Assembly (NCBI GenBank): GCA_964368425.1
Contig: CAYJAP010000001.1
Location: 15,522 to 79,521, forward strand
From: an uncultured Lachnospiraceae bacterium
GTDB lineage: Bacteria; Bacillota; Clostridia; Christensenellales; UBA1242
Direction of reading: 5' to 3'
DNA: 64,000 bases
The notes under the pieces were generated by a model, which saw nothing but the letters and a program-made list of their open reading frames with translations, made no database searches and had not been told where the DNA came from. A program made the translations under genes and the position numbers. The first letter of the stretch is position 1, and the number at the start of each line of letters is the position of its first letter. Below are positions 19,223 through 29,816 of this stretch, in pieces.

Positions 19223-19600
19223 ATGAATCTGATCGATGCTATAGAGAGAGAAAATCTAAAACCAGAAGTTCCTAATTTTAACGTTGGAGATACTGTAAAA
19301 GTATTTATCAAAGTTGTAGAAGGAGCTAAGGAAAGAATTCAGGCGTTTGAAGGTGTTGTTATTGCTAGACGTAGTGCTAGTATAAGAGAGACTTTCACAG
19401 TTCGTAGAATTTCTTTTGGTATTGGAGTGGAGAAAACTTTCCCATTACATTCACCAAGAATTGATCGCATAGAGTTGGTTAAGAAAGGAAAAGTAAGACG
19501 TGCTAAACTGTATTACATTAGAGACCTTTCTGGAAAAGCTGCTAAGATTAAAGAAAAAATCACAGTCGCTCCAGCCAAGAAAAAACAAGAAGCTAAATAG
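19223..19600 (+). CDS. rplS: 50S ribosomal protein L19
   Basis: [11 protein letters not shown]...[13 protein letters not shown]...[15 protein letters not shown]. Confidence 0.96.
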   Translation: MNLIDAIERENLKPEVPNFNVGDTVKVFIKVVEGAKERIQAFEGVVIARRSASIRETFTVRRISFGIGVEKTFPLHSPRIDRIELVKKGKVRRAKLYYIRDLSGKAAKIKEKITVAPAKKKQEAK

Positions 19601-19606
19601 CAAGCG

Positions 19607-19636
19607 AGAACTACTCATATCGAGTGGTTTTTTTAT
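19607..19636 (+). terminator. Intrinsic terminator after rplS
   Basis: Stem GAACTACTC/GAGTGGTTT (with G-U pairs), loop atatc, then a T-run. Confidence 0.65.
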
Positions 19637-19738
19637 CGCCACGATTAATTTTAATTATAAGTTATATAAATAGCAATAAGTATTTGTTTGTGTTTTTTAT
19701 AATTTCTGCGTATAATGACAGTGTATCAAGGGGTAGAA

Positions 19739-21283
19739 ATGTTATCTATATTGAAAAGTTTTGGTCTAAATGGAATCAACGGATATGTGGTAAAAGTAGA
19801 GGTAGATGTTAGTAACGGATTACCGTCTTATGACATTGTTGGATTGGTTGGAACGAGTATAAAAGAGAGCAAAGAACGGGTTAAAAGTGCGATAAAAAAC
19901 AGCGGATTTAGCTACCCGGTATCTAAGATAACGGTGAACTTAGCTCCTGCTAGTACTAAGAAAGATGGTCCTATATATGACTTATCAATAGCTTTAGGGA
20001 TTTTAGCAGCTAATGCTGATAAGAATTACATAACGTTGGTTAAGGAAGCTCGGAAATATATAATTCTGGGTGAATTAGCTTTAGATGGTTCGGTTAGAAG
20101 GGTGAACGGGGTGTTGCCTGTTTTAATTGCCGCCCGTAAGGCTGGTTATACCAAAGTGATTGTGCCGGAAGAAAATTCGAAAGAGGCAAGTTTCATAGAA
20201 GGTTTGGAAGTCTACCCCGTTAAAAATCTTATTGAAGCTGTAGAGTTTTTAAACGGACAGATCGAAAAAACGCCTATACCTTTAAACAGCTTTACACAGG
20301 TTATTTCCACCAAAGAACAGGGAAATGATTTCTGTTATGTTAGAGGGCAGTCTAGTGCAAAAAGAGCACTGGAGATTGCTGCTGCAGGTGGGCATAATGT
20401 GTTGATGATAGGTCCTCCAGGTAGCGGAAAAACTATGTTAGCAAAGTGCTTTCCAAGTATATTACCGGAGTTGACGTTCGAAGAGGCACTAGAGGTTACT
20501 AAGATACACAGTATAGCGGGTACGTTGGATAGTGACGAAGGTATTGTGATGGTCCGTCCGTTCCGCTCTCCTCACCACACATCTACGACCATCGCTCTGA
20601 CAGGTGGCGGTAGAACCGCTAAACCGGGTGAGATTAGCCTTGCACATCATGGAGTGCTGTTTTTAGATGAGCTGCCTGAGTATAGTAGACACACGATTGA
20701 AACGCTACGCCAACCACTCGAGGATGGTGTTATATCCATCGCACGTGTGGAGAACACGGTGGAGTATCCTGCAAACTTTACAATGATAGCTAGCATGAAC
20801 CCTTGTCCGTGTGGAAATTATGGGAGCAAAGATAAGGAATGTAAGTGCACTCCACAAACCATACATAAGTATTTACATAAATTATCTGGACCTTTGATGG
20901 ACAGAATAGATATTCATATTGAAGTAGACAGCGTAACCTACAACGAGATATCGGGAACACGTCTGGAAGAGCGTAGTGAAGATATAAAAGAGAGGGTGAA
21001 CAAAGCTAGAAATATTCAGCTTGAGAGGTATTCTGGAGTAAAAATATTTAGCAATTCAAAGATGAAAGACTCTCAAATAAAGACTTTCTGTGAGTTAAAC
21101 CTAAGTAGCGAAAAGCTATTGCGAACAGCGTTTGATAAACTTCATCTGAGTGCGAGAGCGTACAGCAGAATATTGAAAGTAGCAAGAACAATAGCTGATT
21201 TAGAGGGTAGTAAAAATATCTTGGATGAGCATCTGATTGAGGCTATATCTTACAGAAGTTTAGATAAAAAATATTGGAATTAG
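19739..21283 (+). CDS. comM: YifB/ComM-family Mg-chelatase-like AAA+ ATPase
   Basis: N-terminal Lon-like domain, Walker A GPPGSGKTMLAK, VLFLDELPE. ATG 19739 is preferred (AAGGGG RBS). Confidence 0.9.
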   Translation: MLSILKSFGLNGINGYVVKVEVDVSNGLPSYDIVGLVGTSIKESKERVKSAIKNSGFSYPVSKITVNLAPASTKKDGPIYDLSIALGILAANADKNYITLVKEARKYIILGELALDGSVRRVNGVLPVLIAARKAGYTKVIVPEENSKEASFIEGLEVYPVKNLIEAVEFLNGQIEKTPIPLNSFTQVISTKEQGNDFCYVRGQSSAKRALEIAAAGGHNVLMIGPPGSGKTMLAKCFPSILPELTFEEALEVTKIHSIAGTLDSDEGIVMVRPFRSPHHTSTTIALTGGGRTAKPGEISLAHHGVLFLDELPEYSRHTIETLRQPLEDGVISIARVENTVEYPANFTMIASMNPCPCGNYGSKDKECKCTPQTIHKYLHKLSGPLMDRIDIHIEVDSVTYNEISGTRLEERSEDIKERVNKARNIQLERYSGVKIFSNSKMKDSQIKTFCELNLSSEKLLRTAFDKLHLSARAYSRILKVARTIADLEGSKNILDEHLIEAISYRSLDKKYWN

Positions 21284-21287
21284 GGTT

Positions 21288-22370
21288 ATGTTTAAGGAAG
21301 AAGAGAAGGTTGCAGTTTGGTTAAGTTCATATAATAAGATTAGCGTGAAAAAATATTACGCTTTGTTAGAGTTGTATCCCGACGCTAAGTCTCTTTATGC
21401 TAACTTCGAAAAGGATAGTAATAAGATTACTAAACTTATAGATAAAACTGCTTACGAGTATCTGAAAGAGGCTAAAAAAAGTGACTTGAAAAACTATTTG
21501 CAAAATCTCGAGAAGTCTGATATAAAAGTAGTTACCTACTACAGTGAAGGTTATCCGGAAACGTTGAAGCAGACAAGCCAACCACCGCTGGTGTTATATT
21601 GTAGAGGAGATATTTCTCTTTTAAACTCTAACTGTTTGGCTATAGTTGGTACTCGTAGGAGTAGTAGATACGGTCGGGATATAACAGAGAAATTCGCCAA
21701 GGCACTTAGTGATGCTGGACTTACAATCGTTAGTGGTTTAGCTGATGGAATCGATAGCGTCGCTCATAAAAGTGTGTTAGAGGTGGGTGGCAAAACCATC
21801 GCTGTTCTGGGTAGTGGTTTGAACGAAGTGTATCCCGCAACCAACAGACCACTGGCAGCTAAAATTATCGAGCAGGGCGGTCTTGTCATAAGTGAGTACA
21901 AGCCAAATGAGAAGCCTCAGACTTATTACTTTCCGTACAGAAACAGGATTATTGCAGGTTTATCAGCTGGGGTGCTGATAACAGAAGCGACAGAAAAGAG
22001 CGGTAGTATGCATACCAAAGAATATGCTTGCGAATACGGTAAAGAGATATACGTCGTACCTGGACGGATAGATGATATATACTCCAAAGGATGTAACGAG
22101 ATCATCAAGACTTGTCAGGGATGTATGGTAACATCTCCAGCTGATATACTCGAAACATTACATATTGAGTATTCGGAAAAACCATCCAAGGGTATACAGG
22201 CGACGATGGAAGAGGAAGTGATTCTAAACATATTAGAAGACGGTGAAAAACATTTAGAAGAGTTATTGGATAAGACGTCTTTTGAGGTTAAAAAGTTAAA
22301 CACTTTATTAACTCGTATGGAGTTAATGGGTATGATAAAAAAGTTGACAGGGAATTATTACAGCAAATAA
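21288..22370 (+). CDS. dprA: DNA-processing protein DprA
   Basis: AIVGTRRSSRYG and GLADGIDSVAH Rossmann-like core, 360 aa, upstream of topA. Confidence 0.9.
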   Translation: MFKEEEKVAVWLSSYNKISVKKYYALLELYPDAKSLYANFEKDSNKITKLIDKTAYEYLKEAKKSDLKNYLQNLEKSDIKVVTYYSEGYPETLKQTSQPPLVLYCRGDISLLNSNCLAIVGTRRSSRYGRDITEKFAKALSDAGLTIVSGLADGIDSVAHKSVLEVGGKTIAVLGSGLNEVYPATNRPLAAKIIEQGGLVISEYKPNEKPQTYYFPYRNRIIAGLSAGVLITEATEKSGSMHTKEYACEYGKEIYVVPGRIDDIYSKGCNEIIKTCQGCMVTSPADILETLHIEYSEKPSKGIQATMEEEVILNILEDGEKHLEELLDKTSFEVKKLNTLLTRMELMGMIKKLTGNYYSK

Positions 22371-22380
22371 CGGAGGATTT

Positions 22381-24501
22381 ATGAAGTTAGTAATCATTGA
22401 GGGTGTGGCTAAACAGGAGACTGTAAAGAAATATTTAGGAGCAGACTACCAGGTTGTTGCTACAAAAGGGCACATAATAGATTTGCCCTCAAATTCTTTG
22501 GCGGTTGACGTTAAAAACAATTTTAAACCTCAATATGAGGTAATGAAAGATAAACAGCAGATTGTAAAATCATTAAAGGAGAAAGCAAAAAAGGCGGATA
22601 AAGTATATTTAGCGACTGACCCTGACCGTGAAGGAGAGGCCATTAGCTGGCACTTGTGTAACGTTCTTGATATAGATGAGAAGAGTCCAGTAAGAATTGT
22701 GTTTAACGAAATATCTAAAAATGCAATCACCAAAAGTTTAGAGCATCCTCGTGGAATAGACAGAAATCTGGTTGATGCTTATCAGGCTAGAAGGGTGCTA
22801 GACAGATTAGTTGGTTACAAAATTTCTCCTATACTGTGTAGAAAGATACAACCTAAACTGAGTGCAGGTAGGGTGCAAAGTGCAACACTAAAATTGATAG
22901 TAGATAGAGAAAAAGAGATTCGTGCTTTTAAGCCTGAAGAGTATTGGACACTACAATCTATCCTAGCGAAGAAAGATAATAAAAGCTCTTCCTTTGTATC
23001 TGCTCTACAGAAAATTTCTGGCAAAAAAGCAAATATTAAAAGTAAAGAAAGTATGGATGTAGTTTTATCTGAGCTTTCAGATAAGTACATTGTTAAGGCT
23101 ATAAAAAAGAGCGTAACCAAGTCACATGCAGCGGCTCCTTTTACAACCAGTAGTATGCAACAAGAGGCTATTAACAAGCTGGGCATGAACATTAAAAGAG
23201 TATCAGAAACTGCTCAACAACTTTACGAAGGTGTTTCATTGGGTGCAGAGGGAAAAGTAGCGTTAGTTACATATATAAGAACAGACTCGGTGAGAGTTAG
23301 TCCTGATGCTATTGCTATGGCAAAATCCTACATCACAGAGAAGTTCGGGGCAAAATATTTACCTAAGACGCCAAACTTTTATAAGAGCAAAGCTTCCGCT
23401 CAAGATGCACACGAGGCTATACGTCCGATATCTCTTGATAGAACTCCAGAGTCCGTTAAGGATTTGATATCTAATGATTGTTATAGATTGTATAGGTTAA
23501 TATACAATAAGTTTCTAGCCAGTCAGATGACTGAGGCTTTGTATGATTCTGTTAGTATCGATATAGAAAACGGAAAATATTTGTTCAAAGCAACAGGAAA
23601 AACTCTTACTTTCGAAGGTTTCTTAGCGGCGTACAAAATGGATAAAGTTGCTAAAAAGACAGATAAAGAAGAGGAAGAAAATCTTGAAGAAAATGATCTT
23701 ATTCCAGAGTTAAAAGAAGGCGAAGAAGTTATTTGTCAAAAGTTAAATCCACAACAAAAGTTTACTAAGGCGCCAGCTCGGTTTACTGAAGCATCGTTGG
23801 TTAAAGAAATGGAAGAAAAGGGTATTGGTCGTCCGGCAACCTACACGCAAACTATTACTCGTTTAGCAAACCGTACTTATACCGAGAGAGATGGAAAGAC
23901 GCTAGTTCCGACGGAATTAGGATTTAAAGTTTGTGAGCTATTGGAGAAGTATTTCTACGATATAGTAGACGTTCAATTTACTGCTTCGATGGAAGATAAA
24001 TTGGATCAGATTTCTGATGAAGCTACCACATGGCAAGATATCATCAGTAAGTTCTATCACTACTTGGAGAAAAAACTTATCGCCGCTACAGGCGACTCTG
24101 AAAAGTTTAAAATACCGCCGAAAGAAACAGATGTTAAATGTGACAAATGTGGCAGTCCTATGGTAATACGTAATGGCAGATATGGTGAGTTTATGGCATG
24201 TAGTAACTATCCAGCGTGTAAAAACATTCATAACATGTCAAAAGAAGTAGCTAAATGTCCAAAATGTGGGGGAAGTGCTATAGAGAGAAAAAGTAAAAAA
24301 GGGAAAACTTTCTATGGCTGTTCTAACTATCCTAAATGTAATTTTATATCTTGGGAAGTTCCTGTAGAAGAGAAATGTCCGGAATGTAATGAATATATGA
24401 CTAAAAAGAATGTCTACGGAAACACACGAATTAAATGTAGTGCTTGTAACTATTCTCGTACAGAAAAAAGTTCGAAGAAAGAAGAAGATAATCAGGAATA
24501 G
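22381..24501 (+). CDS. topA: DNA topoisomerase I
   Basis: Toprim DPDREGEAISWH, active-site region YIRTDS, C-terminal repeated CxxC zinc ribbons. Confidence 0.96.
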   Translation: MKLVIIEGVAKQETVKKYLGADYQVVATKGHIIDLPSNSLAVDVKNNFKPQYEVMKDKQQIVKSLKEKAKKADKVYLATDPDREGEAISWHLCNVLDIDEKSPVRIVFNEISKNAITKSLEHPRGIDRNLVDAYQARRVLDRLVGYKISPILCRKIQPKLSAGRVQSATLKLIVDREKEIRAFKPEEYWTLQSILAKKDNKSSSFVSALQKISGKKANIKSKESMDVVLSELSDKYIVKAIKKSVTKSHAAAPFTTSSMQQEAINKLGMNIKRVSETAQQLYEGVSLGAEGKVALVTYIRTDSVRVSPDAIAMAKSYITEKFGAKYLPKTPNFYKSKASAQDAHEAIRPISLDRTPESVKDLISNDCYRLYRLIYNKFLASQMTEALYDSVSIDIENGKYLFKATGKTLTFEGFLAAYKMDKVAKKTDKEEEENLEENDLIPELKEGEEVICQKLNPQQKFTKAPARFTEASLVKEMEEKGIGRPATYTQTITRLANRTYTERDGKTLVPTELGFKVCELLEKYFYDIVDVQFTASMEDKLDQISDEATTWQDIISKFYHYLEKKLIAATGDSEKFKIPPKETDVKCDKCGSPMVIRNGRYGEFMACSNYPACKNIHNMSKEVAKCPKCGGSAIERKSKKGKTFYGCSNYPKCNFISWEVPVEEKCPECNEYMTKKNVYGNTRIKCSACNYSRTEKSSKKEEDNQE

Positions 24502-24533
24502 TTATAATATAATAACAAAAATCAAGAGGGCAT

Positions 24534-25844
24534 ATGGCGGTCATTAATATTATAGGTGGCGGGTTAGCAGGTTCAGAATGTGCCTATCAATTAGCAAAGC
24601 GAGGGCACAAGGTAAAGTTGTTCGAGATGAAACCTCGTAAATTTACACCTGCTCACAAGAACCAAAATATGGCAGAGTTAGTCTGTTCAAATAGTTTAAA
24701 AAATAATCAGTTACACACAGCGGGAGGGCTGTTAAAAGAGGAGTTGCGTCTTCTCGATTCTTTATTGATTGCTTGTGCAGATAAATGTAAAGTCCCAGCG
24801 GGAAACGCGTTAGCGGTTGATAGAGAAGTTTTTAGTGAACTGGTTACTGCTGCTCTAAAACAAAATAAAAACGTAGAGATTATCTCAGAAGAAGTATCTG
24901 AGATTGACACCACGATTCCAACGATTGTTGCTACGGGTCCGCTGACGAGCGAGTTGCTATCAGTAAATTTACAGCAGTTGCTGGGAGATTATTTATATTT
25001 TTTTGATGCTATCGCTCCTATCGTGGACGCAGATAGTATAGATTTTTCTCGGGCATTTATAGGAAACAGGTATGGCAACGCGGGGGAAGGAGATTATATA
25101 AACTGTGAGATGGATCAAGAAGAGTATACGGAATTTTATAATAATCTTATTTCAGCGAAGACTGTTGAACTAGCCTCTTTTGAAAACAAAGTATACGAAG
25201 ATTGTATGCCCGTTGAGGTATTGGCAAAACGAGGGTACAAGGGTTTATTATTTGGACCGATGAAACCAGTAGGTCTGCGAAATCCTGTAACTGATAAACG
25301 TCCGTACGCAGTTGTTCAGCTACGCAAAGAAAGTCTGTTGAATAACATGTATAACCTTGTAGGGTTTCAGACTAACCTGACTTTTCCTGAACAAAAAAGA
25401 GTGTTTTCGCTCATACCAGCGTTAAAAAATGCAGAGTTTTCAAAGTACGGAGTCATGCATAGAAACAGCTATGTTAATGCTCCTAAAGTGCTCAACAGAT
25501 ATTTCCAGTGTAGAGATTATCCAAACGTTTTTATAGCAGGACAGTTGAGTGGTGTTGAGGGGTATGTAGAGAGTATAGCTAGCGGGTTGGTTGCGGCTAT
25601 CAACATGGACATGTGGCTGAAAAACAGTCCTTTAATAGATTTCACAAGTGATACAATGATAGGTGGGTTACAGCGATACATTGAGCAGTCGTCGGCTAAC
25701 AACTTCCAGCCTATGGGTGCTAACATGGGATTATTAAATGGCGTAAATATACGTGAAAAAGACAAGGTGAAGAAGTACACGATGTTGGCTGAAAAATCTA
25801 TAAAACATGTGAAACAACTAGTAAAAGAGTATAATTTATGTTAG
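24534..25844 (+). CDS. trmFO: Methylenetetrahydrofolate--tRNA-(uracil54-C5)-methyltransferase TrmFO
   Basis: IIGGGLAGSECAYQLA FAD fold, 436 aa, conserved position after topA. Confidence 0.93.
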   Translation: MAVINIIGGGLAGSECAYQLAKRGHKVKLFEMKPRKFTPAHKNQNMAELVCSNSLKNNQLHTAGGLLKEELRLLDSLLIACADKCKVPAGNALAVDREVFSELVTAALKQNKNVEIISEEVSEIDTTIPTIVATGPLTSELLSVNLQQLLGDYLYFFDAIAPIVDADSIDFSRAFIGNRYGNAGEGDYINCEMDQEEYTEFYNNLISAKTVELASFENKVYEDCMPVEVLAKRGYKGLLFGPMKPVGLRNPVTDKRPYAVVQLRKESLLNNMYNLVGFQTNLTFPEQKRVFSLIPALKNAEFSKYGVMHRNSYVNAPKVLNRYFQCRDYPNVFIAGQLSGVEGYVESIASGLVAAINMDMWLKNSPLIDFTSDTMIGGLQRYIEQSSANNFQPMGANMGLLNGVNIREKDKVKKYTMLAEKSIKHVKQLVKEYNLC

Positions 25845-25919
25845 AATATCCTCAGCAGAAGATACAAACGTAGGCTTGGTTAAAAGCTAGGATAAGATAT
25901 TGAAGATAAAGGAGTAGAG

Positions 25920-26456
25920 ATGGAAGATATGAGAGGAACGACGATTGTTGCTGTTAAACGTGATGGTAAAATTGCCATAGCTGGTGATGGTCAAGTTACC
26001 ATAGGCGAGAAAGTTATTATGAAAGGAAATGCTGTAAAAGTTCGTAGAATATTCAACGACAAAGTGGTTGTTGGATTTGCTGGATCTGTGGCAGATGCTT
26101 TTTCATTAACAAATAGATTTGAGGAACTATTGCAAAAATTTAATGGTAATTTGATGCGTAGTGCGGTTGAATTAGCTATAGGTTTTAGAGACGACAAATA
26201 TATCAGAAAGCTTGAGGCTATGATGTTAGTAGCAGATAAAGATACCTTGCTATTAGTATCTGGTACAGGGGAAGTAATCGACCCTGAGTTTGGTGTTTGT
26301 GCAATCGGCAGCGGAGGCAACTATGCTTTTGCAGCGGGTAAAGCGTTGATGGAAAATACCAAGTTAAGTGCGAAAGATATCGCGTACAAGAGTATAGAAA
26401 TTGCAAGTGAGATTTGTGTATTTACCAATAATAATATCACTTGTGAGGAGGTTTAA
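25920..26456 (+). CDS. hslV: ATP-dependent protease subunit HslV
   Basis: The TTIVAV N-terminal nucleophile region follows a short propeptide. GSGG motif. Confidence 0.93.
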   Translation: MEDMRGTTIVAVKRDGKIAIAGDGQVTIGEKVIMKGNAVKVRRIFNDKVVVGFAGSVADAFSLTNRFEELLQKFNGNLMRSAVELAIGFRDDKYIRKLEAMMLVADKDTLLLVSGTGEVIDPEFGVCAIGSGGNYAFAAGKALMENTKLSAKDIAYKSIEIASEICVFTNNNITCEEV

Positions 26457-26459
26457 TTT

Positions 26460-27776
26460 ATGGTAATGAGTTTATCTCCAAAAGAGACTGTAAGAGAGTT
26501 AGATAAATATATCATAGGTCAGTCTAAAGCCAAAAGAGCGGTTGCTGTTGCATTGAGAAATAGATATAGACGTAGCAAATTAACGACAGAGATGAGAGAT
26601 GAAATTACTCCTAAAAACATTATTATGCAAGGTCCAACTGGGGTGGGAAAGACAGAGATTGCTCGTCGTTTAGCGAGGTTGGTTAATGCTCCGTTCGTAA
26701 AAGTTGAAGCTACTAAATTCACAGAGGTTGGATACGTTGGTCGTGACTGTGAAAGTATGATTAGAGACTTGGTTGAAGTTGCGGTTAGAATTATTAAAGA
26801 AGAAAAAATGAACGATGTTAAAGAAAAGGCAAACAACGTTGTTATAAATAAGATTGCAGATGTTCTTTACCCACTACGAAAACAACAACTTCCCGATGCA
26901 GATAGTTTTGAGCTGAGAGAAACGTTAATTCAGGAAATCGGTTCAGGCAAGCTAGATAAAGAGATGATAGAAATATCTGTGTCAGAAACTCCAAAGGCTA
27001 TTGGTATGGTTCCTGGTATGGGTGCTGAAATGGACTTAAGTGGGATGTTAGGAAGTATTTTTCCTGCACAAAAGAAACGTAAAAAATTATCTGTAGCAAA
27101 GGCAAAAGAGCTGTTGTTCCAAGAAGAGGCTTCAAAACTCATCGACAACGACAATGTTAATAGTGAAGCGATAGAGCTGGCTGAACAAAACGGTATTATT
27201 TTTATAGATGAGATAGATAAGATTGCAAGCAAAGGTCCAAGTAAAGGTCCAGATGTTAGTAGAGAAGGTGTGCAGAGAGACATATTACCGCTCGTTGAAG
27301 GAAGCTCTGTAACGACGAAATATGGTGTAATAAAGACTGACTATATCCTTTTCATTGCTGCTGGCGCGTTCCACATGAGCAAGGTAGAAGACCTTATTCC
27401 TGAGTTTCAAGGAAGATTTCCTATCCGAGTGGAATTGCAAAATTTGACCAAGGATGACTTCTACGATATCCTGATCCAACCTAAAAACGCTCTGACTTTA
27501 CAGTATCAAGAGTTGTTGAAAGTGGATAATATTAAGCTAACATTCACAGAAGATGCGTTACGGCAGATTGCAGAAATTGCAGAAAGGGAAAATGAAACTA
27601 GTGAAAATATAGGGGCTAGACGTCTACACACTATCATGGAGTTTTTGCTTGAAGATATAAGTTTTAATGCTACTGGGGAGCACCCTCAACTAGCTGTCAA
27701 GATAGATAAAAATTATGTGATCAATGCCTTCAAAGAAACAAACAAGAAGTATGATTTGAAAAAATATGTCCTTTAA
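26460..27776 (+). CDS. hslU: ATP-dependent protease ATPase subunit HslU
   Basis: GPTGVGKTEIARRLA Walker A, IIFIDEIDKI Walker B, 438 aa. Confidence 0.95.
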   Translation: MVMSLSPKETVRELDKYIIGQSKAKRAVAVALRNRYRRSKLTTEMRDEITPKNIIMQGPTGVGKTEIARRLARLVNAPFVKVEATKFTEVGYVGRDCESMIRDLVEVAVRIIKEEKMNDVKEKANNVVINKIADVLYPLRKQQLPDADSFELRETLIQEIGSGKLDKEMIEISVSETPKAIGMVPGMGAEMDLSGMLGSIFPAQKKRKKLSVAKAKELLFQEEASKLIDNDNVNSEAIELAEQNGIIFIDEIDKIASKGPSKGPDVSREGVQRDILPLVEGSSVTTKYGVIKTDYILFIAAGAFHMSKVEDLIPEFQGRFPIRVELQNLTKDDFYDILIQPKNALTLQYQELLKVDNIKLTFTEDALRQIAEIAERENETSENIGARRLHTIMEFLLEDISFNATGEHPQLAVKIDKNYVINAFKETNKKYDLKKYVL

Positions 27777-27824
27777 TCTTACGAAATAACACACAGAAAT
27801 TTATATTTACAGCCACTAATTAGG

Positions 27825-27853
27825 TTGAAAATATAAATTTTTTATTGTATAAT
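27825..27853 (+). promoter_or_regulatory. Sigma-A-type promoter for hisS
   Basis: TTGAAA, 17 nt, TATAAT. Predicted +1 is ~27860, 18 nt before ATG 27878. Confidence 0.6.
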
Positions 27854-27877
27854 AAAGCTAGTCTTACGAGGTATACG

Positions 27878-29113
27878 ATGATAAATATTCCAAAAGGAAC
27901 AAAGGATATTTTGCCTAGAGATAGTTTTAGATGGCAGAAGGTCCGAGAAGCGGCGCAAAAAACCGCTAGACGTTTTAATATTAAAGAGATAATCACACCA
28001 GTATTTGAACATACTGAACTTTTCGTCCGCGGCGTTGGAAAGGGAAGTGACATAGTGAACAAAGAAATGTACACTTTTCTCGATAAAGGAAACAGAAGCA
28101 TTACTCTAAAGCCAGAAGGGACAGCGGGCGTTGCTCGTAGTTTCATAGAGAATGGCTTATTCAACGATACATTACCTCTAAAGATGTACTATATAACAAA
28201 TTGTTTCAGATATGAAAAACCACAAGAAGGCAGGTTAAGACAGCATACTCAATTTGGAGTGGAGCTGTATGGTTCGGACAGTGTGGAAAGCGATGTAGAG
28301 ATTTTACAGATAGCACTTGATTTTTACAAAAACTTTGGTGTAGAACCGAGTGTCGTTATAAATAACTTAGGCTGTGAAGGCTGTAAGCATAATTTTGTTA
28401 AGCAGTTACAAGAATTTTATAAACCGCACTTAAAAGATATGTGTCCAGATTGCAACAACAGATATAAAAATAATCCTTTGAGAATTCTAGATTGCAAGGT
28501 CGCAGAGTGTAAAGAGGTTTCTAAGAATGCACCTAAGATGAGCGATTTTCTCTGTGAAGGTTGCAAAGTAAGATTTGCTAACTTCAAGAAGTTATTAGAA
28601 TCAGCGGGTATAAAGTATACACAGAGTGACACGTTAGTTCGTGGACTTGATTATTACACTGGATTTGTATTTGAGTTTGTCGACCATAAAGGGTTCACTC
28701 TAAGTGGTGGCGGAAGATACAATAACCTAATTGAGGAGCTAGGTGGTAAGCCAACTCCTGTGGTAGGCTTTGGTATAGGAGTAGAAAGATTACTTATGTA
28801 TTTACAGCAGATAGGTAAAGATATAACAGAGGACAACAAGTTAGATGTTTATATCCTAAGTCTTGCTGATAACAGTGAAGAGATTATTTCGTTAGCAAAA
28901 TTGTTACGTGAAAATGATATTAGTGTAGAAACAGACTTATTACATCGTAGTATGAAAGCTCAGTTAAAATATGCAAACAAAACAGAGTGCAAGTATGTTA
29001 TTTTCGTCGGGGATGACGAAATTGCTAAAAAAGAGTATGTAATAAAAAACATGTTCACAGGCGAGCAACAGAGTATTAAAAAGGATAAAATTGTAGATTT
29101 TATTAAAAAATAA
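27878..29113 (+). CDS. hisS: Histidine--tRNA ligase
   Basis: PKGTKDILP, FRYEKPQEGRLRQHTQFG (motif 2) and GGGRYNNL motifs. The track start 27845 lies inside or upstream of the promoter, so ATG 27878 is used. Confidence 0.94.
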   Translation: MINIPKGTKDILPRDSFRWQKVREAAQKTARRFNIKEIITPVFEHTELFVRGVGKGSDIVNKEMYTFLDKGNRSITLKPEGTAGVARSFIENGLFNDTLPLKMYYITNCFRYEKPQEGRLRQHTQFGVELYGSDSVESDVEILQIALDFYKNFGVEPSVVINNLGCEGCKHNFVKQLQEFYKPHLKDMCPDCNNRYKNNPLRILDCKVAECKEVSKNAPKMSDFLCEGCKVRFANFKKLLESAGIKYTQSDTLVRGLDYYTGFVFEFVDHKGFTLSGGGRYNNLIEELGGKPTPVVGFGIGVERLLMYLQQIGKDITEDNKLDVYILSLADNSEEIISLAKLLRENDISVETDLLHRSMKAQLKYANKTECKYVIFVGDDEIAKKEYVIKNMFTGEQQSIKKDKIVDFIKK

Positions 29114-29129
29114 GTTGTTAGGAGGGTCT

Positions 29130-29807
29130 ATGACAGAAATGCTTAGAAAAGGAAATGCAATAAAACTCAACAGGGCGACGGTGGCGGTAATAGGTATAGG
29201 TAGTGTTGGCGGATATGTTTGTGAAATGTTAGCCAGGGCGGGGGTAGGAAGTATCACAGTTGTGGATTATGATATTGTGGACAGGTCACATCTCGGTAAA
29301 CAGTTAGTTGCTACTTACTCTACTATCGGACAGTCAAAGGTTGCAGTTATAAAGAAAAGGATATTGGATATAAATCCAGGCTGTGTTGTAACAGAGTATA
29401 ACTTAAAGTTTAAGGAGTCATCGGCGAACCTAGTGTTGTCAGGACATGTGGATTATGTTATTGATACAATGGATATAATTACTACAAAAGCATTTCTAGC
29501 TAGATTCTGCAAAGACAAAGGGATTCCCGTAATAAGTGCGATAGCTCCTACGATAAAATGTCAAATTCCGTTCTTCGATGTTATTGATATAAGTAAAAGC
29601 AAAGAGGAACTTGCTCAAACGATGGTGGCTAAACTGAAGGCTGTGGGTGTAACAAAGCATGAGATCGTATGTAACACGAGAAAAATTACATCTTGTGATG
29701 GCGAGGTACTAGCTAATGCTGTATATTACCCAGTTATGTGTGCAGGGGTGATCACTGCCTATGTTGTAAAAAAGTTATTCAATTCTGGAATAGAAAATAA
29801 AAAATAA
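29130..29807 (+). CDS. tcdA: ThiF/MoeB-superfamily E1-like protein, TcdA (tRNA t6A dehydratase)-like
   Basis: Rossmann loop VIGIGSVGG and a length (~225 aa) typical of TcdA/YrvM. It sits after hisS as yrvM does in B. subtilis. An AGGAGG RBS supports ATG 29130. Confidence 0.7.
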   Translation: MTEMLRKGNAIKLNRATVAVIGIGSVGGYVCEMLARAGVGSITVVDYDIVDRSHLGKQLVATYSTIGQSKVAVIKKRILDINPGCVVTEYNLKFKESSANLVLSGHVDYVIDTMDIITTKAFLARFCKDKGIPVISAIAPTIKCQIPFFDVIDISKSKEELAQTMVAKLKAVGVTKHEIVCNTRKITSCDGEVLANAVYYPVMCAGVITAYVVKKLFNSGIENKK

Positions 29808-29816
29808 GAGGGAAAA

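Noticed and set aside
19624-19812. 62-aa + strand ORF bridging the rplS terminator and the comM start.
   Set aside because: It starts inside the terminator T-run, has no RBS and overlaps comM out of frame.
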